Shown: in pieces, positions 1-7,624 of the stretch | Layout of the letters: the number at the start of each line of letters is the position of its first letter | Position numbering within the stretch: the first letter of the stretch is position 1 | Assembly: GCA_964462475.1 (NCBI GenBank) | Contig: CAYWXQ010000004.1 | Span: 1-30,139 of the forward strand | Direction: 5' to 3' | Source of the DNA: an uncultured Rhodobacterales bacterium | Lineage (GTDB): Bacteria > Pseudomonadota > Alphaproteobacteria > Rhodobacterales > Rhodobacteraceae | Length of the DNA stretch: 30,139 nucleotides | Position numbers and translations under genes: made by a program | The notes under the pieces: generated by a model | The model's input: only the letters and a program-made list of their open reading frames with translations | What the model was told of the DNA's origin: nothing | Databases searched by the model: none

Positions 1-511
1 CCACCAGTGCCCCGAGCGTCGCCAGCACCTCGGACATATGCGCAAGGGTGTCGGCGTTGTTTTGCTGGCTGGCATCGAATGCCCAGTTTTGCCGAAAATG
101 ATACGAGCCGCGATTGGGCCAATGCAGTTGGTAAAGGTCGATGACATCGGTTTTCAGCCGTTTCAGGCTGGCCTCGACCGCGAGGGTGATGGTTTCAGCC
201 GAGATCGGCGCGCCACCCCGCACCGCCTTGGCACCACTGCCCGAAACCTTGGTGGCGATCAGCACATCATCGCGTTTACCGGTGCGGGCCAGCCAGTTGC
301 CAATAATGACCTCGCTATCGCCGCAGGTCTCGGCCGCAATCGGGTTAACGGGGTAAAGTTCGGCGGTGTCTATCAGGTTGATACCGGCCTCGAGCGCCAT
401 ATCAAGCTGGCGGTGGGCGTCGGGTTCGCCGGTTTGGGTGCCAAAGGTCATGGTGCCAAGAGAAAAGACGCCGGTTTTTAGGCCGGTGCGGCCGACAGGA
501 TTGGTTTTCAT
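1..511 (-). CDS. tas: Aldo/keto reductase, Tas-like (3' end runs off the window)
   Basis: Not in the ORF track; translated by hand from ATG at 511: MKTNPVGRTGLKTGVFSLGTMTFG...GINLIDTAELYP...IATKV...IDLYQLHWPNRGSYHFRQNW. These include the AKR catalytic Asp/Tyr/Lys/His motifs. Confidence 0.9.
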   Translation of the reverse strand, partial: MKTNPVGRTGLKTGVFSLGTMTFGTQTGEPDAHRQLDMALEAGINLIDTAELYPVNPIAAETCGDSEVIIGNWLARTGKRDDVLIATKVSGSGAKAVRGGAPISAETITLAVEASLKRLKTDVIDLYQLHWPNRGSYHFRQNWAFDASQQNNADTLAHMSEVLATLGALV

Positions 512-575
512 TGGGGGGCTCCGCTGGTTTTTTGCCAGCCTAGCGCAGATTGTCACAAAGGAAAAGCATTGACGG

Positions 576-604
576 GTTGTTCTGCGCGCCATTGCCCCCT
601 ACAT
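576..604 (+). promoter_or_regulatory. Putative RpoD/RpoH-type promoter of the S49 peptidase
   Basis: GTTGTT(576-581)-N17-CTACAT(599-604) resembles the alphaproteobacterial CTTGAC-N17-CTATAT consensus. It ends 7 nt before ATG 612, and no SD is visible. Confidence 0.4.
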
Positions 605-611
605 ATTCCCC

Positions 612-1391
612 ATGAAAAATCCGTTGAAACTGTTCAAATCAGAGCCCAAAATCGCCGTGATCCGGCTGGTGGGGGCCATTGGCACCGGCCGCAACTCGCT
701 TACCGATGCCGGGCTGGCGCCGCTGATCGAAAAAGCCTTTGCCAAGGGCAAGCCAAAAGCGGTGGCGCTGCAAATCAACTCGCCCGGGGGGTCACCGGCG
801 CAATCGGCGCTGATCGCGGCGCACATCCGGCGGCTGGCGGCAGAAAAAGAGCTGAAGGTCTATGCCTTTGTCGAGGATGTCGCGGCCTCGGGCGGCTATT
901 GGCTGGCGACCGCGGCCGATGAAATTTATAGCGATGATAATTCGATTATCGGCTCGATCGGGGTGATCTCTGCCAGTTTCGGCTTTCATGAACTGCTTAA
1001 AACCCATGGTATCGAGCGGCGGGTTTACACGGCGGGCGAAGACAAATCGATGCTCGACCCGTTTCGCCCCGAGCGCGAGGAAGACATCGTGCGGCTAAAA
1101 GATTTGCAGGCGCGCATTCATATGAACTTTATTGCGCAGGTGCGGCGGCGGCGCGGCGATAAACTGGCCGGTGAAAACCTGTTTACCGGCGAAATCTGGG
1201 TCGGGCAGCAGGCGGTCGATAACGGGCTGATCGACGGGCTGGGCCATATGGTGCCGGTGATGAAAGACCTGTTTGGCGATAAAACCACCTTCAGGGTCTA
1301 TGGGCAAAAAAAGGGGCTGCTGGCGCGGTTTGGCGCCTCTATTCTGGCGCAAATAGAGGAGCGCAGCCTGTGGGCGCGCTTTGGGCTATAG
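612..1391 (+). CDS. S49 family serine peptidase (SppA/SohB-like)
   Basis: Motifs INSPGGSP, AASGGYWLA (catalytic Ser), IIGSIGV, YTAGEDKS, GEIWVG and LIDGLG. Confidence 0.92.
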   Translation: MKNPLKLFKSEPKIAVIRLVGAIGTGRNSLTDAGLAPLIEKAFAKGKPKAVALQINSPGGSPAQSALIAAHIRRLAAEKELKVYAFVEDVAASGGYWLATAADEIYSDDNSIIGSIGVISASFGFHELLKTHGIERRVYTAGEDKSMLDPFRPEREEDIVRLKDLQARIHMNFIAQVRRRRGDKLAGENLFTGEIWVGQQAVDNGLIDGLGHMVPVMKDLFGDKTTFRVYGQKKGLLARFGASILAQIEERSLWARFGL

Positions 1392-1394
1392 CGC

Positions 1395-1571
1395 ATGTTT
1401 TTGAAAATTGTTGTTATATTTTTACTGGTGATGATGCTGATCGGGATGATCGGCAAATGGCGCAACCCAACCCCGAAATCCAGCGGCAAACGCGCGCGCA
1501 AATGCAAGACCTGCGGTAGTTTTATTATTGGCAACGGCCCCTGCGCCACCTGTGTGAAAAAGGGCAAATAG
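1395..1571 (+). CDS. Small (58 aa) membrane protein with C-terminal CxxC-x9-CxxC, putative zinc finger
   Basis: Hand translation: MFLKIVVIFLLVMMLIGMIGKWRNPTPKSSGKRARKCKTCGSFIIGNGPCATCVKKGK*. It starts 3 nt after the S49 stop, and its TAG (1569-1571) abuts the next ATG (1572), filling the gap exactly. Confidence 0.8.
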   Translation: MFLKIVVIFLLVMMLIGMIGKWRNPTPKSSGKRARKCKTCGSFIIGNGPCATCVKKGK

Positions 1572-2519
1572 ATGGCGTTTTGGCTGGTGGCAAGCGGGCT
1601 GGCGCTGCTGGTTCTGGCCGGAGACTTTCTGGTAAAAGGCGCGGTAGCGCTTAGCCTGCGACTGGGGGTGCCGACGCTGGTTGTCAGTGTAACCATCGTC
1701 GGTTTTGGCACCTCTGCCCCCGAAATGCTGATCGCCATCCAGTCGGCGCTAGAGGGCGCGCCGGGGCTGGCGCTGGGCAATGTGGTTGGCTCTAACACCG
1801 CCAACGTGCTGTTGGTGCTGGGGCTTCCGGCGCTGCTTTATACGCTTGATACCTCCAAAAGCGACACCCGCCGGATTTATATTATGATGATGGCGGTGTC
1901 CGTTATTTTTGTGGCGCTCGCCTTTATGGGGCCGCTTTATTTGTGGCACGCGGCGGTGCTTTTGGGGCTGCTCGGGGTGATGTTATGGGATAACCTGCAA
2001 GCGGCGCTATCAACCCGCAACGGGCCGGTTGATGCTGACCTTGCGGCGCTTCAGGGCATTCGCCCCAATATGCCGGGATGGCGGATGGCGATGTATATCG
2101 GGGCCGGTGTTGTCGGCCTGCCGTTGGGGGCGCAGCTGATGATCGAGGGCGCGCTGATGATCTCGGCCCGGTTCGGGCTTGGCGACGAGATTATCGGGCT
2201 GACGCTGGTGGCGATCGGCACGTCGCTGCCCGAGCTGGCCACCACCACGGTGGCGGCTTTGCGGCGCGAGGCCGATGTGGCGCTTGGCAATGTTATTGGC
2301 TCCAACATGTTTAACCTGCTGGCGATCATGGGGGTGACCTCGCTGTTTGGGCCGCTGCAGGTAGCGCCCGAGTTTTTGCAGTTTGATTTGTGGATCATGC
2401 TCGGGGCCTCGGCGCTGCTGGGGGTATTTGTGTTTTCAAAACTGGTTATGACCCGCCTGTGGGGCGTTGCATTTTTGGGGTTGTATGTGCTTTATATGAT
2501 CTACCTTTTAGGGAGATAA
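1572..2519 (+). CDS. yrbG: Calcium/sodium antiporter (CaCA family, YrbG-like)
   Basis: Two alpha repeats (GFGTSAPE...GNVVGSN and AIGTSLPE...GNVIGSN) and about 10 TM segments. Confidence 0.93.
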   Translation: MAFWLVASGLALLVLAGDFLVKGAVALSLRLGVPTLVVSVTIVGFGTSAPEMLIAIQSALEGAPGLALGNVVGSNTANVLLVLGLPALLYTLDTSKSDTRRIYIMMMAVSVIFVALAFMGPLYLWHAAVLLGLLGVMLWDNLQAALSTRNGPVDADLAALQGIRPNMPGWRMAMYIGAGVVGLPLGAQLMIEGALMISARFGLGDEIIGLTLVAIGTSLPELATTTVAALRREADVALGNVIGSNMFNLLAIMGVTSLFGPLQVAPEFLQFDLWIMLGASALLGVFVFSKLVMTRLWGVAFLGLYVLYMIYLLGR

Positions 2520-2522
2520 TCA

Positions 2523-3299
2523 ATGGTAACGGCAGCATTGGTAACCGGAAGTGCTACGCGGCTGGGGCAGGCAATGCTGCTGCGGTTGGCGGCGCGCGGG
2601 GCCGATGTGGTGGTGCATTATGCCTCCAGCGCCGACGCGGCCACCGCCACCGTGGCCAAGGCCCGCGCGCTTGGCGTCAACGCCGTGGCCTTGCAGGCTG
2701 ATTTGCTGGATGCCGGCGCGGTCGCCGAACTGGTGCCGCGCGCGGCGGCCGCGCTGGGCAAGCCGCTGGATGTGCTGGTCAACAATGCCTCTATTTTTGA
2801 ATATGACACCCTGCAAACCGCCACCGCCGACAGCTGGGCGCGACACATCGATTCCAATCTGCGCGCGCCGGTTTTTTTAACGCAAGCCTTTGCCGCGCAG
2901 GCCCCTGAAACCGGCGATGATGGCGCGCCGCTGGCAATGGCCAACGTGATTAACATGATCGACCAGCGGGTGCGCAAACCAACGCCTGAATTCATGACCT
3001 ATAGCGTGGCCAAGGCCGGTTTATGGGCCTTTACCAAGACCGCCGCACAGGCACTGGCGCCGCGAATCAGGGTTAACGGCATTGGCCCGGGCCCGACATT
3101 GATAGGCAGCCGCCAATCTGAAGAACACTTCGCAAACCAGCGGAAAGCCACGATTTTAGAGCGCGGGTCAAACCCTGCCGAGATTTGCCGCGCCCTTGAT
3201 TTCATTCTTGATTCACCGGGTTTTACCGGCCAATTGCTGTGCATGGATGGCGGCCAGCACCTTGCGTGGCAGACCCCCGATATTCAAGGCATTGAATGA
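2523..3299 (+). CDS. SDR family oxidoreductase, pteridine reductase/FolM-like
   Basis: TGSATRLG nucleotide-binding loop containing Arg, VNNAS, YSVAK (YxxxK) and RVNGIGPG. Confidence 0.85.
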   Translation: MVTAALVTGSATRLGQAMLLRLAARGADVVVHYASSADAATATVAKARALGVNAVALQADLLDAGAVAELVPRAAAALGKPLDVLVNNASIFEYDTLQTATADSWARHIDSNLRAPVFLTQAFAAQAPETGDDGAPLAMANVINMIDQRVRKPTPEFMTYSVAKAGLWAFTKTAAQALAPRIRVNGIGPGPTLIGSRQSEEHFANQRKATILERGSNPAEICRALDFILDSPGFTGQLLCMDGGQHLAWQTPDIQGIE

Positions 3300-3322
3300 G
3301 GGCGGCGCAAGTTGTCCACTTT

Positions 3323-3359
3323 TTAACGCTCTGTTCACAAAACTGTAAAAAAACCTTAA
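3323..3359. promoter_or_regulatory. Two near-consensus CtrA boxes
   Basis: TTAA-cgctctg-TTCAC (3323-3338) and GTAA-aaaaacc-TTAA (3345-3359). Each is one mismatch from TTAA-N7-TTAA. Confidence 0.5.
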
Positions 3360-3402
3360 TAGATTCAACCATGTAGCGCGTTACAAAATTAAAAGCGTTA
3401 TT

Positions 3403-3415
3403 TATCAATGGCTTG
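3403..3415 (+). promoter_or_regulatory. IHF binding site
   Basis: TATCAAtggcTTG is an exact match to WATCAANNNNTTR and lies inside an AT-rich tract. Confidence 0.6.
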
Positions 3416-3419
3416 AAAA

Positions 3420-3441
3420 TTTGCCTAATTTTTGCCCAATT
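3420..3441 (+). repeat. Tandem 11-mer in the AT-rich tract
   Basis: TTTGCCTAATT (3420-3430) followed by TTTGCCCAATT (3431-3441), one mismatch. Confidence 0.7.
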
Positions 3442-3487
3442 CGACTAAATCAGCAAAAAATAAGGGATTTTGTGCCGCGCGGCCCAG

Positions 3488-3522
3488 TTGCCCACAGAGT
3501 TATCCACAGGAACCGTGGATGC
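3488..3522. promoter_or_regulatory. DnaA box cluster
   Basis: TTGCCCACA (3488-3496), 3-bp spacer, perfect TTATCCACA (3500-3508), then an inverted degenerate box CGTGGATGC (3514-3522). Confidence 0.7.
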
Positions 3523-3577
3523 CTTTTCTCTTGATTTTTGCATCAACACGGGTGCGCCCGCCCACAGAATCACCTAT

Positions 3578-3592
3578 GTTCACGTTATGATC
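3578..3592 (+). promoter_or_regulatory. Putative alphaproteobacterial LexA (SOS) box overlapping the uvrC start
   Basis: GTTC-acgttat-GATC. The consensus is GTTC-N7-GTTC, and GTTC-N7-GATC is the variant known from the Rhodobacter sphaeroides recA promoter. Confidence 0.5.
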
Positions 3593-5485
3593 GAATCTGG
3601 CGACAAAACCGAGTTTGAGGAAGAAGGCACGCCCAAAAGCGCGCTGCGCGGCCACGCGGTCATCAAGGGCTATCTGGCGGGGCTTGATACCTCGCCCGGG
3701 GTTTACCGGATGCTCGATGCCTCGGGCGCGGTGCTGTATGTTGGCAAGGCGCGCCAGCTTTGCAACCGGGTTGCCAGCTATGCCCGCCCCACCGGCCATT
3801 CGGCCCGCATAGGCCGGATGATATCAGCCACCGCCAGCATGATGTTTTTAACCACCCGCACCGAAACCGAGGCATTGCTGCTGGAGCAAAACCTGATCAA
3901 GCAGCTAAAGCCGCGCTATAATGTGCTGCTGCGCGACGATAAATCATTTCCCAGCATTCTGGTGACCACCGAACACGGCTTTCCGCAAATCAAAAAACAT
4001 CGCGGGGCGCGGCGCGAGCGCGGCAAATATTTTGGCCCCTTTGCCTCCAACAGCGCGGTCAACCGCACCTTGGCACAGTTGCAGCGGGTGTTTTTGCTGC
4101 GCAATTGTTCAGACGCCGATTTTGAGGGCCGCACGCGGGCCTGCCTGCAATACCAGATCAAGCGCTGTGCGGGGCCATGCGTGGGGCATATTTCAGCGGC
4201 TGATTATGGCGCGCTGGTGGCTGAAGGGCTGGCGTTTTTAGGCGGCAAATCCAGCGATATCCAGCAGCGTCTGGCGCTTGAAATGCGCGCCGCCAGCGAC
4301 GCGCTTGAATATGAGCGCGCGGGGGCGCTGCGCGACCGGCTGGCGGCGATGGCGCAGGTGCAGGTATCACAGGGGGTTAACCCTGCCAGTGTGGCGCAGG
4401 CCGATATTATTGCCCTGCATCAGACCGGCGGGCAGGCCTGTGTGCAGGTGTTTTTCATTCGCGCCAATCAAAACTGGGGCAACCGTGCTTATTACCCGCG
4501 CACCGGTGGCTCGGCCGATGCGGCCGAAATTCTTGAGGCCTTCATGGTGCAGTTTTACGACAACAAACCGCCGCCACCGCTGATAATTCTTTCCGAGCCG
4601 GTCGAGCGCCCCGATCTGCTAGAGGAGGCCTTTAGCGCCAAAACCGGCCGCAAAGTCGCGCTGCTGGTGCCGCAACGGGGCGAGAAAAAGGCATTGGTTG
4701 AAAACGCCCTGCGCAACGCCCGCGAGGCCTTGGCGCGCAAAATGGCCGAGAGCGCCTCGCAAGCGCGCCTGCTGGAAGGGCTGGCCAAGGCTTTTAATCT
4801 GCCCGCGCCGCCACAGCGGATCGAGATCTATGATAACAGCCACATTCAGGGCGCGCATGCGGTTGGCGCGATGGTGGTGGCGGGGCCCGAGGGCTGGATA
4901 AAATCATCTTATCGCAAGTTCAATATCAAGGGCGGCACCCTGACCCCCGGCGATGATTTCGGCATGATGAAACAGGTGCTGACGCGGCGCTTTCACCGCT
5001 TGGTAAAAGAAGACCCCGAGCGCAAAAAAGGCCTGTGGCCCGACCTGTTGCTGATTGATGGCGGCGCGGGGCAGGTTAGCGCTGTGCGCGCGGTGATGCA
5101 GGAAATGGGGGTTGAGGGCATTGCCATGGTCGGCGTTGCCAAAGGCGTTGATCGCGACGCGGGCAAAGAGGAGTTTCACGTTACCGGCAAGCGCCCGTTC
5201 GCGCTGCCCCACCGCGACCCTGTGCTATATTTCGTGCAGCGTCTGCGCGACGAGGCCCACCGTTTTGCCATTGGCACCCACCGCGCCAAACGCAGCAAAG
5301 CCATCAGTGCCAGCCCGCTAGACGGCGTGCCGGGGGTTGGCGCGGCGCGCAAACGGGCATTGCTGGCGCATTTTGGGTCAGCCAAGGCGGCATCGCGCGC
5401 TGATCTGGCCGATTTGAAGGCGGTTGAGGGGATTTCAGGCAAAATGGCCGAAACTATCTATTCCTTCTTTCACGAGAACGGGTAA
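3587..5485 (+). CDS. uvrC: Excinuclease ABC subunit C
   Basis: GIY-YIG domain (GVYRMLD...LYVGKA), Cys cluster (CSD...[15 protein letters not shown]), RNase H-like RIEIYDNSH and LIDGG, C-terminal HhH. I moved the start from GTG 3470 to ATG 3587 because the extension runs through the DnaA boxes. Confidence 0.96.
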   Translation: MIESGDKTEFEEEGTPKSALRGHAVIKGYLAGLDTSPGVYRMLDASGAVLYVGKARQLCNRVASYARPTGHSARIGRMISATASMMFLTTRTETEALLLEQNLIKQLKPRYNVLLRDDKSFPSILVTTEHGFPQIKKHRGARRERGKYFGPFASNSAVNRTLAQLQRVFLLRNCSDADFEGRTRACLQYQIKRCAGPCVGHISAADYGALVAEGLAFLGGKSSDIQQRLALEMRAASDALEYERAGALRDRLAAMAQVQVSQGVNPASVAQADIIALHQTGGQACVQVFFIRANQNWGNRAYYPRTGGSADAAEILEAFMVQFYDNKPPPPLIILSEPVERPDLLEEAFSAKTGRKVALLVPQRGEKKALVENALRNAREALARKMAESASQARLLEGLAKAFNLPAPPQRIEIYDNSHIQGAHAVGAMVVAGPEGWIKSSYRKFNIKGGTLTPGDDFGMMKQVLTRRFHRLVKEDPERKKGLWPDLLLIDGGAGQVSAVRAVMQEMGVEGIAMVGVAKGVDRDAGKEEFHVTGKRPFALPHRDPVLYFVQRLRDEAHRFAIGTHRAKRSKAISASPLDGVPGVGAARKRALLAHFGSAKAASRADLADLKAVEGISGKMAETIYSFFHENG

Positions 5486-5499
5486 TATAGCGCACGGAA

Positions 5500-5589
5500 G
5501 CGAATTTTGATTTCAAAATTTGCGCAGCATGCGCGAAAAAACAGGATAAAGTAGCCAAACAATAGCATCAAATTCAAGTCGTTTGGCTA
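5500..5589. repeat. Two inverted repeats in the uvrC-pgsA spacer
   Basis: AATTTTGA-TT-TCAAAATT (5503-5520, extendable to 5500-5523) and TAGCCAAAC-N20-GTTTGGCTA (5552-5589). Confidence 0.7.
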
Positions 5590-5620
5590 TATTGCGTAAC
5601 TTTTAGCGAAAGAGACTTTA

Positions 5621-6295
5621 GTGAATATTCCGAATATCCTGACCATTTACCGCCTGATGGCCGCGCCTGCGGTCGGGCTGGTTTATGCCTATCTGCCTGC
5701 CCCGATCGGTGACTGGATCGCGCTAACGCTGTTTATATCAGCCGCGCTGACCGATTATCTTGACGGCTTTCTGGCCCGTAAATGGAACCAGATCACCAAC
5801 CTTGGCCGGATGCTGGACCCGATTGCCGACAAGGCGATGGTGCTGATCGCGCTGGTGGTGATCGCGGTGCGCTCGCAATATGTGCAGGGCGGTGCCGCCA
5901 ATGATATGATGCCGGCAATTGTGCTTATTATCTTTCGCGAGGTCTTCGTTTCGGGCCTGCGCGAGTTTCTGGGCGAAAAGGCCGGCACGCTTAAGGTGAC
6001 CTTTTTGGCCAAGTGGAAAACCACCCTGCAAATGCTGGCGATTGTGGTTATCCTGTCATCATTCCTGCTGGGGCATTATTACTGGGCTTTTACCTGGGCA
6101 ATGGATAACCAGATGATCGCCGACGTGCTGGCCGGTGTGCAACCCGACGAATTCGGCCTGCGCTATATTACCCCGCTGTTTGAGTGGAGCAGCATTTGGG
6201 GCGTCTGGATATTATGGGCCGCGACCGCGCTAACGCTGGTTACGGGCTATGATTACCTGCGCAAAGCCCTGCCGGTATTAAAGGAAATAAAATGA
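5621..6295 (+). CDS. pgsA: CDP-diacylglycerol--glycerol-3-phosphate 3-phosphatidyltransferase
   Basis: NIPNILT and the CDP-alcohol phosphotransferase motif DYLDGFLARKWNQITNLGRMLDPIAD; also REVFVSGLRE and KWKT. The uvrC-pgsA linkage is a conserved gene order. Confidence 0.95.
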   Translation: MNIPNILTIYRLMAAPAVGLVYAYLPAPIGDWIALTLFISAALTDYLDGFLARKWNQITNLGRMLDPIADKAMVLIALVVIAVRSQYVQGGAANDMMPAIVLIIFREVFVSGLREFLGEKAGTLKVTFLAKWKTTLQMLAIVVILSSFLLGHYYWAFTWAMDNQMIADVLAGVQPDEFGLRYITPLFEWSSIWGVWILWAATALTLVTGYDYLRKALPVLKEIK

Positions 6296-6537
6296 CAGTG
6301 CTATATTTTGCCTGGTTGCGCGAGCGCATCGGCCTGCCAAAAGAAGAGCTGGAAACAAAGGCCGAAACCGTTGCCGATCTGGTGGAAGAGCTAAAAAACC
6401 GCGCGCCGCGCTATGCCGCCGCCTTTGCCGATATGGCCGCCGTGCGGGTGGCGGTTGATCAGGAACTGACGGGGCTGGATAGCCCGTTGGCAGGCGTGCG
6501 CGAAGTGGCGTTCTTTCCGCCAATGACCGGCGGTTGA
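6292..6537 (+). CDS. moaD: Molybdopterin synthase sulfur carrier subunit
   Basis: VLYFAWLRE, VAVDQE, and EVAFFPPMTGG with a C-terminal diglycine. Confidence 0.95.
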   Translation: MTVLYFAWLRERIGLPKEELETKAETVADLVEELKNRAPRYAAAFADMAAVRVAVDQELTGLDSPLAGVREVAFFPPMTGG

Positions 6538-6538
6538 T

Positions 6539-6970
6539 ATGGTGGTTTTTGTGCAAAAGGCCGATTTTGACGTTAGCGCCGAAATGGCGGCAATCACCGC
6601 TGGTCGCGCCGATATTGGCGCGCTTGTCAGCTTTACCGGCTTGGTGCGCGACATGGCGGGGGGCAGCGAAATGGTGTTGGAGCACTACCCTGGCATGACC
6701 GAAAAAGCGCTTGAAAACATTGAATTAAAGGCCCGAAAACGCTGGGAATTGCAGGATTGCCGGATTATCCACCGTTACGGCGCGCTTGATGCAGGGGCGC
6801 AAATTGTGCTGGTGCTGACGGCCTCCAAACACCGGCAAGCGGCGTTTGACTCGGCCGCTTTTATCATGGATTACCTCAAATCCCGCGCCCCGTTCTGGAA
6901 AAAGGAAGCCGGCGGAGGCTGGGTTGATGCCCGCGACGCCGACGAGGCCGCGCTGGACCGCTGGCAATAG
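6539..6970 (+). CDS. moaE: Molybdopterin synthase catalytic subunit
   Basis: GALVSFTGLVRD, LEHYPGM, IIHRYG, HRQAAF, MDYLKSRAPFWKKE; follows moaD. Confidence 0.95.
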   Translation: MVVFVQKADFDVSAEMAAITAGRADIGALVSFTGLVRDMAGGSEMVLEHYPGMTEKALENIELKARKRWELQDCRIIHRYGALDAGAQIVLVLTASKHRQAAFDSAAFIMDYLKSRAPFWKKEAGGGWVDARDADEAALDRWQ

Positions 6971-6974
6971 CCGT

Positions 6975-6991
6975 GTTACACTTCGTTACAC
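6975..6991 (+). promoter_or_regulatory. Direct repeat GTTACAC with 10-bp period (OmpR-family-like site)
   Basis: GTTACAC at 6975-6981 and 6985-6991. Confidence 0.45.
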
Positions 6992-7016
6992 AATTTTTGG
7001 CATATACGGCCCCTAA

Positions 7017-7030
7017 TTGACCTTGGTCAA
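7017..7030. promoter_or_regulatory. FNR/FnrL-family box
   Basis: Perfect palindrome TTGAC-cttg-GTCAA (FNR-type TTGAY-N4-RTCAA), about 60 bp upstream of the cytochrome c ATG; TACCAT at 7056-7061 is a possible -10. Confidence 0.6.
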
Positions 7031-7089
7031 TAGGAAGTCTCACGAAAACGTGTTTTACCATTTGATGAAATAAACCAAGGAGAAAAGAA

Positions 7090-7512
7090 ATGAAAAATAT
7101 TTCCCGCCCCGCCGCGATTATCGTATCCGTATTTTTAAGCGCCCAGACCGCATTGGCTGGCCCTGGCCTGCTGATGCCCGATTTTGACGCCGAGTGGGGG
7201 CGCGCGCTTTTTGGCTCTAAGGGCTGTGCGGCTTGCCACTCGGTCAACGGTGTTGGCGGCCAAGACGCCCCCACCCTTGATTTTGATACCGCCGCCGGCC
7301 CGATGGACCCGTTTGATTTTGTCGCCAAAATGTGGCGCGGGGCCGAGGCGATGATCTATATGCAGCAAGACGAACTTGGTGCCCAGATCGAGCTGACGGG
7401 CGCCGAACTGGCCGCGATTGTTGCCTTTGCGCATGATCCGGTGCAGCAACAACTGTTTTCAATGGACGACATCCCCGAAAATATCGCCAAAATTATCAAT
7501 CGGACCGATTAG
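7090..7512 (+). CDS. Periplasmic monoheme c-type cytochrome
   Basis: Signal peptide ending AQTALA, a single CAACH heme motif, downstream Met residues (KMWRGAEAM) as candidate sixth ligand, and RBS AAGGAG at 7078-7083. Confidence 0.88.
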   Translation: MKNISRPAAIIVSVFLSAQTALAGPGLLMPDFDAEWGRALFGSKGCAACHSVNGVGGQDAPTLDFDTAAGPMDPFDFVAKMWRGAEAMIYMQQDELGAQIELTGAELAAIVAFAHDPVQQQLFSMDDIPENIAKIINRTD

Positions 7513-7541
7513 CCAATACCGCACCATGTGCGGCTGATAAA

Positions 7542-7583
7542 TGGGCGCAAGCGGGTTTATGCCCGCTTGCGCCCAACCCTTTT
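7542..7583 (+). terminator. Rho-independent terminator-like hairpin
   Basis: 14-bp perfect stem TGGGCGCAAGCGGG / CCCGCTTGCGCCCA with loop TTTATG, followed by ACCCTTTT. Confidence 0.75.
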
Positions 7584-7624
7584 GAGGCATTAAAAGAGCA
7601 GAACGCAGCAAAAGGGGGCGACCG

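Larger units (their letters stand above)
3312..3566. other. Candidate chromosomal replication origin (oriC)
   Basis: AT-rich tract (104 of 150 nt A/T at 3321-3470, hand count); DnaA boxes at 3488-3496 and 3500-3508 plus degenerate copies; IHF site; two CtrA-like boxes; GANTC sites; an 11-bp tandem repeat. Confidence 0.65.

Noticed and set aside
38-481. 147-aa plus-strand ORF
   Set aside because: Antisense shadow of the aldo/keto reductase.
3509-3545. DnaA-trio array next to the tandem DnaA boxes
   Set aside because: I saw no TAG/TAC trinucleotide run adjacent to the boxes on either strand.
3470-3586. 39-codon N-terminal extension of uvrC in the ORF track
   Set aside because: It overlaps the DnaA boxes and promoter-like elements and does not resemble UvrC; ATG 3587 fits better.
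6764-6773. TTATCCACC DnaA-like box
   Set aside because: An isolated one-mismatch hit inside moaE coding sequence.
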